In this document: one piece after another, positions 45,334 through 58,149 of the stretch | Layout: each line of letters opens with the position of its first letter | How positions within the stretch are numbered: position 1 is the first letter of the stretch | NCBI GenBank assembly: GCA_965203515.1 | Contig: OZ241907.1 | Location: 3,712,001 to 3,776,000 of the forward strand | Direction of reading: 5' to 3' | Origin: Spirochaetia bacterium | Lineage (GTDB): Bacteria > Spirochaetota > Spirochaetia > SZUA-6 > Bin103 | DNA: 64,000 nucleotides | Notes under the pieces: generated by a model | The model's input: the letters and a program-made list of their open reading frames with translations, nothing else | Told to the model about the DNA's origin: nothing | The model's database searches: none | Program-made: the position numbers and the translations under genes

Positions 45334-45514
45334 CCGCGGGCCGGGTCAAACGCAGTAAGTCAGTCCTACGGACTCGGCTCGTTCGTACCTTGGCCAGCCG
45401 ACCGCCGTGGCGGCGATGGATCGGCCGATGTGGAGCGGCTCGCCTAGGACAGCCGACCTACTCGCGCATTCTCATCTTGATTGTCGCTGGACACACATCG
45501 CGTCTACGGTCGGT

Positions 45515-46069
45515 CTATATCCGGCCGGCAACGACCTCTACGCCGGCCAGGAGCGCCTGGAAGCTACGCGAACGATTGCGATCGCGGGCGAGGTGCCGGG
45601 CCATGAGTCGTGCGCCGGCCACCTTTTGGAACTCCGGTACCAGTCTCCGCAGCATTTCGGACGGCTGTGATACCGAATCCGGATCGCGGAACCGGGCCTT
45701 CTGTCGCAGTCCGCGAAGTGACTCCATGCCATACGCGTCAGCGAGCGCGTCGGGGTCACCCAGGTACCATGCCTCGATCTCCTGGCACACGATTCTTATC
45801 AAGCTGTCTTCTCGCCGCCCAACTTTACACAATGCATTCAAGGAATTCTTCAGCTTGCGGCAGTCGCCGCCGTCGTTGTCGCGGACGATTGCAAACCTGA
45901 CTCCCGGCTCTCCCCACGCCCGGAGCTTGCGAGGGATGCTCTTCTCCAGGTCGTTCTTTCCTTCGTGGGAAATGCAGAGGAACGGAAGGTCGGGGTAAAG
46001 ACGCGGCAACAGGCCTTCCAGCAGCACCGCCATGGAGTACTCTTCCAACAGGAAGACGATGCGATTCAA
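45515..46069 (-). CDS. DUF4276 family (TOPRIM-like) protein
   Basis: IVFLLEEYS, HEGKNDL, VRDND, EIEAWYLGD, NRSRSF; TTGA overlap with the upstream ATPase. Confidence 0.75.
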   Translation of the reverse strand: MNRIVFLLEEYSMAVLLEGLLPRLYPDLPFLCISHEGKNDLEKSIPRKLRAWGEPGVRFAIVRDNDGGDCRKLKNSLNALCKVGRREDSLIRIVCQEIEAWYLGDPDALADAYGMESLRGLRQKARFRDPDSVSQPSEMLRRLVPEFQKVAGARLMARHLARDRNRSRSFQALLAGVEVVAGRI

Positions 46070-47247
46070 CGCGGGTCGGCGCCTTCGAACAAGCCTTGCT
46101 TCCACAGCGCTCCCGGCAGGTCGCCCTCCTGCACCAGGCGGCGCAACCGATCGATTTTCGACGCGCGTTGAACGGTCGCATATCCATCCTCCTTTATCAA
46201 CCAGTAGATCTCATCCAGATTCGCGCCATTGAGGAACTCAGGGGAGTGGGTGGAGACGAACACCTGGCCGCCGCGCCGGGCGTAGTCGCGGAACTCCTCC
46301 ACCAGCTCGCTCAGCAATTGCGGATAGAGCTGATTCTCGGGCTCCTCCACCGCCAGCACGGGGTGCGGTTTCGGGTCGTGCAACAGGATCAGATAGGCGA
46401 ACATCTTGATGGTGCCGTCCGATACGTACCGGGCGATGAACGGATCCCGGAAGCTGCCGTCCTGGAAACGCAGCACGAGGCGGCCGTCTTCCGTGGCCCT
46501 GGCCTCCACCCGGGTAACGCCGGGTACCCGCCGACTCATCACTTCCAGGATGCGCCGGAATCGTTCCGGGTGCTGCTCATACAGATATGCCGCGGCCTGC
46601 GCGACGTCGTCGCCGCGCGTCGACAGATGTTCGGAGAGTCCGGCGTCTCCGCTCTGACGAGCATTGCTGATCTGAAAATCGGAAATATGCCAATGCTCCA
46701 GTAAGCTGCGGAACTCCGAAACGACCGGAAATTCGCGAAACTGGCCAAGCCCCTTGATCGCCAACGTGCTGGGGTCGTCCAGCACGCGCTCCTCTCGCTC
46801 CTCCGTCGCGCCTTCCTGACCGTACGCGGCTTCATTCGTGATTGCCGTTCCGCTGCCCATGGAGAAATCGAGGAAGTGCCACGGCCGTCCGGCCCTGCCG
46901 GGCCGGCGGGTGTAGCTCAAAATCTCCCGGCCGACGATCGGCCGTCCGGCTCGGTCGCCGATCTCCAGCAGGTACGTGGCCAGACGGCCGCCGCTCTCGC
47001 GGAACTTCACGGTGATTCCCACCGGACCCGAAGCGCCGCGGCTGACCAGTTCGCGAAGCCCGCCGCGCCGCGCCACGGCTTGCGACACGTTTTCGGTCAG
47101 GCACTCCTTGAGGAAGCTCAGAGCGTCGAACAGCGTGGATTTGCCGGAGCCGTTGGCGCCCACGATGACGGCGAACGGCGGCAGATCGGTCCACTTGGCG
47201 CGGCGGAACAGGCGATAGTTACGCAGCTCAAGATACTCGATGCGCAT
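46066..47247 (-). CDS. ABC-type (AAA_21) ATPase
   Basis: Walker A GANGSGKS, signature VSDGT, Walker B AVEEPEN, H-loop STHS. Confidence 0.9.
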   Translation of the reverse strand: MRIEYLELRNYRLFRRAKWTDLPPFAVIVGANGSGKSTLFDALSFLKECLTENVSQAVARRGGLRELVSRGASGPVGITVKFRESGGRLATYLLEIGDRAGRPIVGREILSYTRRPGRAGRPWHFLDFSMGSGTAITNEAAYGQEGATEEREERVLDDPSTLAIKGLGQFREFPVVSEFRSLLEHWHISDFQISNARQSGDAGLSEHLSTRGDDVAQAAAYLYEQHPERFRRILEVMSRRVPGVTRVEARATEDGRLVLRFQDGSFRDPFIARYVSDGTIKMFAYLILLHDPKPHPVLAVEEPENQLYPQLLSELVEEFRDYARRGGQVFVSTHSPEFLNGANLDEIYWLIKEDGYATVQRASKIDRLRRLVQEGDLPGALWKQGLFEGADPR

Positions 47248-47282
47248 CGTTATTCCGTTATTTCTCGGCGGCGGCCGGCTCG

Positions 47283-50200
47283 CTACTCGGGTTCGAAGCC
47301 GAGGTCGGTGAAGTTGAGGGTGCGGCTGTTCTCGGTCACGGTGCGCACGACGGCGTCGGGGGCGCCGGCTGGGATATCCGCTTCGATCTCCAGCGTCACG
47401 CTGACCCTGGCTCCCGACAGGCCCACCAGATGGGCGATGATCTCTTCGGCGATCTGGCTGGCGTCGCGGCCGGCGCGGGTGGCGTCGAGGGGGACGGCGC
47501 CGTGGAAGCGTTTCAGCGGCGGGCGCGGCTTTGGCTTGGCGCCGGCCTTTTCTTCATCGGAGTCTCCGCGGTCGACAGGCGGGGGCGGCGGGCGGCCGTC
47601 CGGGGGCGCTTCCTTGTCGAGTTGCTTCCGGGCGACGTGGGACTTGACCAGCAGTCCCGGAGCGCTGACGTCGGGGAGATCGATCCGTTCCGCGACCCGC
47701 AGTCCGCGGTAGCGCGCGGCTTCCTCGTCGAAGCCGTCCGCGAACGCGAAGGAGTCCTGTTCCCAGGTGAGGAGGGCCACGCTGTCGGCGATGCAGCCCA
47801 GCAGCACCTGCGGGTCCCTGAACCGGGTAAGGAACAGGTAGCGGGCGTAGTCATCGACCAGCTGCTCGACGGTGACGTGGTCGCCGCGCCACAGCGGTAT
47901 GCCGTCCATGTCCATCCGCAGGCGCATGGCGCTGTAGCCGGTCACCAGCCGCTCGTCGAGCAGGAGCTTCAGGGACGCCCGGACGGCGATCGGTTCGGGT
48001 CCCGTCAGATTGGCCGCGCTCCACGTCAACGAATCCTGTGGATCGTCCTGGACCGGCGTCAGCAGCCAGCGGTAGGTCTCCGGTATCCGTACGGCCACCT
48101 CCTCGGCGGACGAGTCACGTTGCGTCTCTGCCTGCCGCACCTGTAAGGGGGCTAGGTTGAGCACATCTCGATCGCCCACGATCGACTCCCAGGCCAGGAA
48201 GCGGCGCGCCGACTCGTCCAGTTCCTGAAGCCGGATCGCGTCGGCGGCCAGGAACACCAGGGAATTGCGGTAGATGCGCGGCGTGGAGCCGCGCGATTCG
48301 AGGATGGAGAGCGCCTCGGCCTCCGCGGCGCTGTCGCCGCCGCGACTGTGCGGGTGCTCGATGCCGAGCACGACCAGCCGCGCGTCCCGGTCGTCGGGCA
48401 CGTCCTGACTCGATTCCGGGAAGGGGTGCACGCGGCTGAATTCGCCGATTTGGCGCAGGCTGTCCCGGACGCGCGCGGTGATCTCCATGGCGGCGCGGTC
48501 CGGGTCGCGCCGCAACTGCTCGGCTCGATCTTCCGCCAGCTTGGTGACCGTGGGCTGGGTGTCGTACCAATAGCGGCCGTTGTCTTCGTAGAGGTAGGTG
48601 GCGGCTGCCGCCAGCCGCCGGAGCGCGTCCCCGAACACGGACGGCGACTCGCCCGGCAGCATGCAGCCCAGCTTGATCCGGCGGTCGTCGAGCCCGCGAT
48701 GCGCGACGCCGGCGGTGGGAGCGGAGCCCAGGAAGATCGCCCGCGCGACGCGGCGGCCGGCCGCGCACTTGCCCAGCGCGGGATGCTCGGCGTCGACCCG
48801 CAGCGGCAGCGACTCCGCCCCGGCGACGTCTTTCTCGATGATCGGCGCCCAGTTGTCGTCCAGGTAGCGCGTCAACTCGGACTGCACGCGCCCGTCGTCG
48901 AGCGCCAGGTCGCCCGGCAGGATCAGGGGGACGCGGTCGCCCTGCTCCCACTGGTAATGGATCACCGCCGCCATCAGACGCAGCACGCCGCGGGTACGCT
49001 GAAACTTGGCCAGCGCCGACCAGTCCGTGTACAGCCGGTCGAAGATCTCCGGATGGATCGGGTAGGCGGCCTTGATCCGTTGTTCGTAGTCGGGTTCGCG
49101 GCATTCGGTGGGGAACTCCTGCTCCTGCGATCGGTACAGCTCGGCGAACGTCCGCGCCACCACGTCGCGCGTCGTGAACTGCGCCGCGTCGAACGGCTGA
49201 AACAGGCGCCGCCGCACGATCTCGAAGCTTTCCTGGGCGGTGGCCGGCCGCCAGGACGATTCGATCCGGCCGATCACGTTGCGCAGCCGGGCCAGGGCCT
49301 CGCGGCCCCGCTGGCCGCCGACTTCGGCGTCATCCGCCTGCGCGCGCGGCGAATCGTCGGTCTCGGAGGCCGGCAGGCTGATGACCAGCAGACAGTTGCC
49401 GGCCGCCTTGGCCGACTCGGCGAGCGTCTGGGCAAAGGTGAACTGGGTCTCGAAGCTGCCGGCGGGCAGATCGCTCTGATCGCGAAGCTGCCGGGCGTAC
49501 GCGACCCACTCGTCGATCAGCACCAGGCAGGGACCGTGCTCGATGAGCAGCTCGCGCAGGCGGTCGCCGGGGCTGGTGGCATGCTGGTCGTCGGCGGCGA
49601 CGCGCGCGAATGCGTCCGGGCCGCCGAGCTGCCACGCCAGCTCGCCCCAGAGGGTGCGCACCGCGGTGCCGTCCCGCTTGATGTCCGGGTTGCCGGGCGA
49701 GAGGTGGGTGCCGACCAGCACCACGCGGCGCACGGCCGGCAGCGCGGCGGCGCCGGCCGCCCGCAGCACCGCGTCGATGCCGGCCAGGCTGGTCGGCGGC
49801 GTACCGGAGAACAGGTGGTAGAGCGCCAGCATCGAGTGGGTCTTGCCGCCGCCGAAGTTGGTCTGCAGTTGCACGACCGGGTCGCCGCCGGCGCCGGACA
49901 GGCGCTGCACGGCGCCGGTCAGTAGCTGCTGCAGGCTGTCGGTCAGGTAGGTGCGGCGAAAGAACTCCACCGGTTCGCGGTACTCGTCGGTCCCCTCGCC
50001 CCGGAAGATCAGCCCCAGATCGGCGGCGAACTCCGCCTGCTGATAGCTCCCGCTGGCGACGTCCCGGTGGGGGGTCACGACCTCCCGCCACGGTTTCAAT
50101 CCGGCCGCCGCGCCGGCGGCAGCCGCGGCGCGGAAGGTGCGGCGCCGCTCACCGCGCGCCTGTTCCTGGAAGCGGACCCGCAGCAATTCGTGCTTGAGCG

Positions 50201-50594
50201 CGTCGACCTCGCGGGCCTGCGGCGCCGAGATCGAGGTCAGCAGCCGCTGCGCCGAGTCCAGGGCGCGGTACGCGTCGTCGGTAGAGAAGGGTTCCTGGTG
50301 CGCCCAGTTGTTGCGGTGATCGCGCAGCTCGCTGACCAGGCTGCGTTCGGAGCGGCCCAGCACCTCGCGAAAGACCTCATTCCAGGTCTCCCACATCAGC
50401 CGCAGCAGCACCGCCGCGTCCGATTCGGACGAGCGTCCGCGCGGCGCGGAATCGGTCGTGATCTGCCGCAGGCGGTACTCGTCCACGTCGCCGGCGTGCA
50501 CGGCGCGCCGCAGCTCCCGCTGGACGAACGGCCCCAGGCCGGCGCGCAACAGTTGCAGCCCCTTGCCGACCCGCTCGTGATTCGTCACTGCCAT
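47283..50594 (-). CDS. DUF499 AAA+ ATPase with N-terminal Swt1-like HEPN domain
   Basis: RNNWAH (RX4H), PWREVVTPH, EFAADL, QTNFGGGKTH, LIDEW, YPIHPE, FQRTRGVLRLMA. Confidence 0.88.
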   Translation of the reverse strand: MAVTNHERVGKGLQLLRAGLGPFVQRELRRAVHAGDVDEYRLRQITTDSAPRGRSSESDAAVLLRLMWETWNEVFREVLGRSERSLVSELRDHRNNWAHQEPFSTDDAYRALDSAQRLLTSISAPQAREVDALKHELLRVRFQEQARGERRRTFRAAAAAGAAAGLKPWREVVTPHRDVASGSYQQAEFAADLGLIFRGEGTDEYREPVEFFRRTYLTDSLQQLLTGAVQRLSGAGGDPVVQLQTNFGGGKTHSMLALYHLFSGTPPTSLAGIDAVLRAAGAAALPAVRRVVLVGTHLSPGNPDIKRDGTAVRTLWGELAWQLGGPDAFARVAADDQHATSPGDRLRELLIEHGPCLVLIDEWVAYARQLRDQSDLPAGSFETQFTFAQTLAESAKAAGNCLLVISLPASETDDSPRAQADDAEVGGQRGREALARLRNVIGRIESSWRPATAQESFEIVRRRLFQPFDAAQFTTRDVVARTFAELYRSQEQEFPTECREPDYEQRIKAAYPIHPEIFDRLYTDWSALAKFQRTRGVLRLMAAVIHYQWEQGDRVPLILPGDLALDDGRVQSELTRYLDDNWAPIIEKDVAGAESLPLRVDAEHPALGKCAAGRRVARAIFLGSAPTAGVAHRGLDDRRIKLGCMLPGESPSVFGDALRRLAAAATYLYEDNGRYWYDTQPTVTKLAEDRAEQLRRDPDRAAMEITARVRDSLRQIGEFSRVHPFPESSQDVPDDRDARLVVLGIEHPHSRGGDSAAEAEALSILESRGSTPRIYRNSLVFLAADAIRLQELDESARRFLAWESIVGDRDVLNLAPLQVRQAETQRDSSAEEVAVRIPETYRWLLTPVQDDPQDSLTWSAANLTGPEPIAVRASLKLLLDERLVTGYSAMRLRMDMDGIPLWRGDHVTVEQLVDDYARYLFLTRFRDPQVLLGCIADSVALLTWEQDSFAFADGFDEEAARYRGLRVAERIDLPDVSAPGLLVKSHVARKQLDKEAPPDGRPPPPPVDRGDSDEEKAGAKPKPRPPLKRFHGAVPLDATRAGRDASQIAEEIIAHLVGLSGARVSVTLEIEADIPAGAPDAVVRTVTENSRTLNFTDLGFEPE

Positions 50595-51970
50595 GTCATT
50601 CCTCGGTCATCGGTCTGAGTTCGATCGTCGTTCATCCCGGATGTCGTGCACTCCCGGATTGGAGCGCTTGCAGGTACGCGACGAGTAGATGCACTTCTGT
50701 CGACGGGTTGGGTCTTCCTGTCGCTTGACCGGATGTAAGGGAGCGCTCCAAAGCGTCCGGCCAGATATGCTCGCTCCAGGTTCACGATACTTCGGAGTGA
50801 CTGAAAGTCGCTGAGCGGGAAAAGGCTGGTTTCAAGGCGTTCGTTGCGTTCGCAGAGCCAGATCTGATCAAGCCGAAACAAATCGCGATCGAGCATGGAC
50901 GTATCATGCGTCGTGAAAACGAGCTGCGCTCCGTGCTGATTCGCTGTCGGATCGTGGAACTGGCTGACCAGGAAGCGGACAAGTGCGGGATGGAGGTTGT
51001 CGTGCAGCTCATCGAACACGATGACGTTGCCTTCTGCCAGGGAGTCGAGCCACGGACCGGCAAGCGCGAACATCTTCTGGGTTCCGTGCGACTCCTCGTC
51101 CATTTCCAGTTCCGCCTGCTGTCCGTCTTTCGGTTGATGTTTCAGCAATATTTCCGTGCCTATATCGGCAAGGATCAGTTTCTTCAATTCGGCGGGCGTG
51201 TCATCAGGAAATTCGACCGGTGGTATTTCCTTTTCGACGGCTCTTATACCTGCTACCGCAAGATCTGCTGCGGCGAGAAAGCCGAGTACGTCGGCTCCAC
51301 CTTTCTTAGCGTAGTTCACTGAGAAGAGGGGACTCCATCCGCCGACCCCGGCGACATGGAGCCGCTTGCGAAACCAGTCGAAGACCGGCAACAGTTGCGT
51401 GCTGTTGAGAGAGACGGCCGTTGACAGGAACAGGGCTTGCGGACGGGTGGCTCTCTTCCAGACCTCCCGGTCGCCCGTGAGCTTTCCGCCAAGCTTCCAT
51501 GATGGCGTTCCGGTCGCTTCCCCGTTGCGTCTCTCGAACCAGACTTGCAACCGTCCGCTCGGCCAGGCATAGAGCCACTCGTCAGTCACTTCGTTACGGG
51601 TCGCGCGGAAGCCGTACTGGTAGCGAACGCCGTCGGCGATGCACATCACTTCGAAGGCCGTCGGTTGGTCGCTGCACGCCGGGTCGAATCGGAACGGGGT
51701 CACCGGGAGTTCAGCAGGACCGCTGGCGGCGGCGCCGAGTACGATGTCGTGCATCGTCTTGAGGCCCCGAATCACGTTGGTCTTTCCGGCCGCATTCGCG
51801 CCGTAGATCGCGGCGGATGGCAGAAGTCGGATCGGCCGCGCGGCGGTCTCGGCGCGACTCCCGACCGTAAGGATGGAGTTGGCGTGCTCCTTGCCTGGGC
51901 CGGCCACGAGACTGAGGCGGACCTCATCCTTGATCGATCTGAAGTTGGCAACGGAAAATTCGATGAGCAT
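50585..51970 (-). CDS. RloA-like ABC (AAA_21) ATPase
   Basis: MLIEFSVANFRSI, YGANAAGKT, ESHGT, FDEL..LHP, QLVFTTHD, YLAGRFGALP. Confidence 0.88.
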   Translation of the reverse strand: MLIEFSVANFRSIKDEVRLSLVAGPGKEHANSILTVGSRAETAARPIRLLPSAAIYGANAAGKTNVIRGLKTMHDIVLGAAASGPAELPVTPFRFDPACSDQPTAFEVMCIADGVRYQYGFRATRNEVTDEWLYAWPSGRLQVWFERRNGEATGTPSWKLGGKLTGDREVWKRATRPQALFLSTAVSLNSTQLLPVFDWFRKRLHVAGVGGWSPLFSVNYAKKGGADVLGFLAAADLAVAGIRAVEKEIPPVEFPDDTPAELKKLILADIGTEILLKHQPKDGQQAELEMDEESHGTQKMFALAGPWLDSLAEGNVIVFDELHDNLHPALVRFLVSQFHDPTANQHGAQLVFTTHDTSMLDRDLFRLDQIWLCERNERLETSLFPLSDFQSLRSIVNLERAYLAGRFGALPYIRSSDRKTQPVDRSASTRRVPASAPIRECTTSGMNDDRTQTDDRGMTWQ

Positions 51971-52099
51971 GCCGACTATCGGTGAGTGAGGAGCGTATCC
52001 CCAGTTGCAGACGATGATGATGGTATCGGTTCCATTCGTGTCGTGCAAGCCGCCTCCGCCCAAGTCCGGGAACCGTGCATGGCGTTGCAGCGTAGCGGC

Positions 52100-52423
52100 T
52101 TAAGGCGTGTCGCTTGTCGCTGCCGCGGGAGTTGCCGACCAGATGACGAGCCGCAGATCGCTTTCGTCGATCAACGTGTACTCCGGCGATCGCCCGGACA
52201 ACGCCTGGCTCTCCCGGAGAATGACGCCGACGATCTCACGCGTGCCGTCATCGACGCCCAGCACGAAGGTCCCGCCGCGGCCGTTGGCGAAGGACGCCAA
52301 TGTGTCGGCTACGCGGTGGCTCCTGGGTTCGGTGACGCGGCCCCCGGAGAAGAATATCCGCATGTATTCCAGACGACCATCCTCTCCGAGGCGGATGTGC
52401 CGGAGGAGATCAGCGCCGATCAT
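52100..52423 (-). pseudogene. Internally deleted AlbA_2/HATPase_c_4 gene remnant
   Basis: AlbA_2 start (IRLGED..LE, ASFANGRGGTFVLGVDD) joined directly to what resembles the family's C-terminal tail (ILRESQALSGRSPEYTLID). Confidence 0.6.
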
Positions 52424-52549
52424 CGCGTATGTGCTCGATCATCTTCGCTGCCGAAGTCATGGGACGTCGGCGAACCGTCATTGCCAATCCGATGTCCGAT
52501 GGACCAGTGTCGTCCAGGGGTCATTGCTGCGCTGACGTGACCTCCGCGG

Positions 52550-55444
<2,895 letters not shown>

Positions 55445-55696
55445 GCTTCTCGGTGCTCGGCATCGGGTCAGTCAATCAAGGCGCCGCGGCCGCCAACGGT
55501 CGCCCCGCTCGGTCACTTCGGGTTGCGGCAGCCTGCACCATGGATGATCGCTGATCGCCTTGAGGGTGGAGTATAGCGTACCGCGGTCGACTACGTCGGC
55601 CTCCAGTGCGCAGAGGGGCAGGCCGGCCGCAGACCGAGACTGCTTGGGCCGGCTACCGATCAAGGTCACGTGCCTCAAATGACCTGTCGGAAGCGT

Positions 55697-56029
55697 TCAT
55701 GGTCTGTTGACCCGGATCAGCTTACCGGCCAATTCGGACACCGATGTCGCGTCGTGAATACGTTGCGCTTGCGCGATAAAGTCTCGGTCGAACGTACAGA
55801 CGATGATACCTGAATGATCGGATTCTCGTCGATGTAATTGGACAAAGTGCTTTCGGTTCAGCGTTATCACGGCGCGCGTCTGGCTTACGGCAAATTCGAG
55901 GACCTCTTCGTCAGGTACGGCTTGCTCCGCTCTACCCGTGTCCTGAGAGGTCAGCACATCATGGCCCAACCGCCGAAGCTCATTGACAACCGGTAACGGA
56001 AAATTTTCGTTGGCGTAAAGCCGCGCCAT
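55697..56029 (-). CDS. DUF5615 family PIN-like toxin
   Basis: RLYANENFP, LRRLGHDV, DEEVL, AVITLNRKHF, HSGII. Confidence 0.85.
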   Translation of the reverse strand: MARLYANENFPLPVVNELRRLGHDVLTSQDTGRAEQAVPDEEVLEFAVSQTRAVITLNRKHFVQLHRRESDHSGIIVCTFDRDFIAQAQRIHDATSVSELAGKLIRVNRP

Positions 56030-56359
56030 TCAGGCGTCCTCGTTGGCGCGGATTTGTTCCTCAATTTCCTGCCGGTGGGAACGGACGTACGCCCAGGCAT
56101 TGGTCAAGTCCTCCGCACGGAGCGCGGGGTAAGCCTGCAGGAGCTCCGCCTCGCCGGTGCCCAGCCGTCTCGCCTGCTCCAGAACCCAGACGGTTATTCT
56201 GGTCCTGACGATACGCGGCTCCCCGCCGCAAACCCCGGGCGTGCTTTCGATTCCCGGAACGGCATCACCCAGATCGCGCGCGACCCATTGCAGTACCTGC
56301 GCCTTTTCCGCTCGTGTCATGGTGGTCAACAGCTTCTCCATCTGTGCGAGCGCATTCAT
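56030..56359 (-). CDS. DUF433 family antitoxin
   Basis: PGVCGGEPRIVRTRITVW...YPALRAEDL; strong SD AAAGGAGG; abuts the toxin gene. Confidence 0.88.
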   Translation of the reverse strand: MNALAQMEKLLTTMTRAEKAQVLQWVARDLGDAVPGIESTPGVCGGEPRIVRTRITVWVLEQARRLGTGEAELLQAYPALRAEDLTNAWAYVRSHRQEIEEQIRANEDA

Positions 56360-56443
56360 GTTCTCCTCCTTTCAGCGGCAGCGCCACCTCGATCAGCTTC
56401 TTGGGACGGTCATGCTCTGGGTGTTCGGCATCGGGCCAGTCAA

Positions 56444-56949
56444 TCAAGGCGGCGTCCGCCAACGGTCGAGGCGTTGGCCCACTTCAGGTCGCGGCAGCCT
56501 GCACCGTGGATGGTCGCTGATCGCTTTGAGGGCGGAGTATAGCGTACCGCGATCGACGACGTCGGTTGCCATCCGGTCGAGTACCCACAGCAGACCGTGA
56601 CATGCGGCACCCTCCGAATTCGCCAGATTCCGCAACTCTCGGTCGCCGGTCAGCAGAGTCCAGTGATTCTCCACTGCGAGGGCAAGGGCGAAGGCATCGA
56701 CGAGCGAAAGGGCCGGCCTCCGGCGTCGGTAGGAAAGCGCCCGGACCACGCCGTTCCCTTCCAGTTCCACCACACGGAGCCCGCGCGCAAGTAGATCATC
56801 GCCGCCGTACCGCCGCAGCTCCCGTTCGTTAGAGCAGGTCCGGGACTACCAACTCGAACGGAAGTCCGAACACGGCTTGGATGAGGGAGCCGCGAGCGAG
56901 GTCGATCAACACCGAGGTGTCGGAGGACGCAGGCACCCGAGCCGTTCAT
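56444..56949 (-). pseudogene. PIN-domain protein, frameshifted
   Basis: SDTSVLIDL...VVPDLL ends at TAA (CTC TAAC GAA, one extra base at ~56830). It continues in another frame as ERELRR...LSLVDAFALALA...LLTGDRELR. The first codons also look disturbed. Confidence 0.75.
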
Positions 56950-56981
56950 GATGCTCGGACCGCAACGGTTCGGATGCCTGG

Positions 56982-58055
56982 CTATTGTTTCGGAGGCTGC
57001 TCTATCCTGTGGTGCAACTCGTGAACTGAGCTACCCAGCAGTTCCGCCGCTTTGGCGTCGGAGATCACGTTCTCGGCCAAAGCGCGCGAGCAGAGCCGCT
57101 CGAAGCGTGACGGTCGCTCCGGCGCAAGCGGCTTGGGCTCCCGATACGGAGGACTCCGCCAGCCAAATCTCGACATATCTCGAAAGAGCCTCCCGAACAA
57201 GGCGTCGTTGATGATCCGGAGATCCCTGCATCGGTATACGAGAGACTGCACGCTCACGCCAAAGATACCCTTCAGGTCGAACAGTTCGTTCCAGCCGATC
57301 GTCGTTCGCCTTCTCCCGATTGCCGTGCGCACGACGTCGGCCGGCATGAGGAACGCGCCGGCGAAGCGATGAGCCGCCTTCTCGGCATCGGCGGCGTCCG
57401 GGTCGACCGCCAAGACCAAGTGCCCCAACTCGTGCGCCAGCGTGAAGCGTTGACGCTCCCCGGCGTCTTTGCAGTTTACGACTATGACGGATGCGACGCG
57501 ATTTTCACCGCGCCGTGCGAAGGCGTTCAAGCCGCCGACGGCGCTCAGGTCGAACGCCAGGACCTTGATTCCGCACTCCTCCAGAAGCTCGACCATGCTC
57601 GGAATCGGATTGCGCCCGAGCTTCCAATGGGTGCGCAGGCTGAGCGCCGCGTGTTCCGCTGCCGCGAGGTCGTCCACCACCGGATACGGCGCCTCGCGCG
57701 GCTTGTCCCATTCCACGCTCGGTAATGCAAGTATATTCTCCACTGAAAGATAGCGTTCTAGCAAGTCAACGACTCGCGCCTGTACTCGTCGTTCCTCCCG
57801 TTTCCGTGAGATCGCCTTCTTTCTGAACTCCACCGCCTCAAGCACGAGGTCTTGATCGCTGACCAAGTACTCGACGGAGACTCCCAGGGCCTCCGCCAGC
57901 GCCATGAGCACGCCGGAACTCGGCATCGACTCGTCGCGCTCGTACTTGCCGATCGCCTGCGCCGTTACCCGCCGCCCGATCCGTCCCTCCAAGGCTCGGA
58001 GGGACAGGCCGGCAGCAGATCGAGCCAGCTTGAGCCTGGTACCAATCAAGGGCAT
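56982..58055 (-). CDS. XRE-family HTH fused to ImmA/IrrE metallopeptidase
   Basis: N-terminal HTH (RLKLARSAAGLSLRAL...AIGKYE); RQRFTLAHELGH; E..AHRFAGAFLMP. Confidence 0.92.
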   Translation of the reverse strand: MPLIGTRLKLARSAAGLSLRALEGRIGRRVTAQAIGKYERDESMPSSGVLMALAEALGVSVEYLVSDQDLVLEAVEFRKKAISRKREERRVQARVVDLLERYLSVENILALPSVEWDKPREAPYPVVDDLAAAEHAALSLRTHWKLGRNPIPSMVELLEECGIKVLAFDLSAVGGLNAFARRGENRVASVIVVNCKDAGERQRFTLAHELGHLVLAVDPDAADAEKAAHRFAGAFLMPADVVRTAIGRRRTTIGWNELFDLKGIFGVSVQSLVYRCRDLRIINDALFGRLFRDMSRFGWRSPPYREPKPLAPERPSRFERLCSRALAENVISDAKAAELLGSSVHELHHRIEQPPKQ

Positions 58056-58113
58056 GGTGTCTCCTTCACGGTCTCTACTTCGGCCGCCGCGAGTTGACGT
58101 TCATTCATAATAT

Positions 58114-58142
58114 ATGATATACTGTAAACTGACTCAGTACAA
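58114..58142 (-). promoter_or_regulatory. Sigma70-type promoter of the XRE-ImmA operon with a palindromic operator candidate
   Basis: TTGTAC-17 nt-TATCAT on the - strand; TACTG-N10-CAGTA (58120-58139) spans the spacer. Confidence 0.55.
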
Positions 58143-58149
58143 GTCGGGG

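Noticed and set aside
55472..55678. 68-aa ORF and the 65-aa ORF at 56265-56462 as real genes
   Set aside because: They are by-products of the duplicated PIN/MTase junction.
58120..58139. E. coli-type LexA box
   Set aside because: The right half reads TCAG rather than ACAG and the host does not look gammaproteobacterial; an operator for the adjacent XRE protein is more economical.
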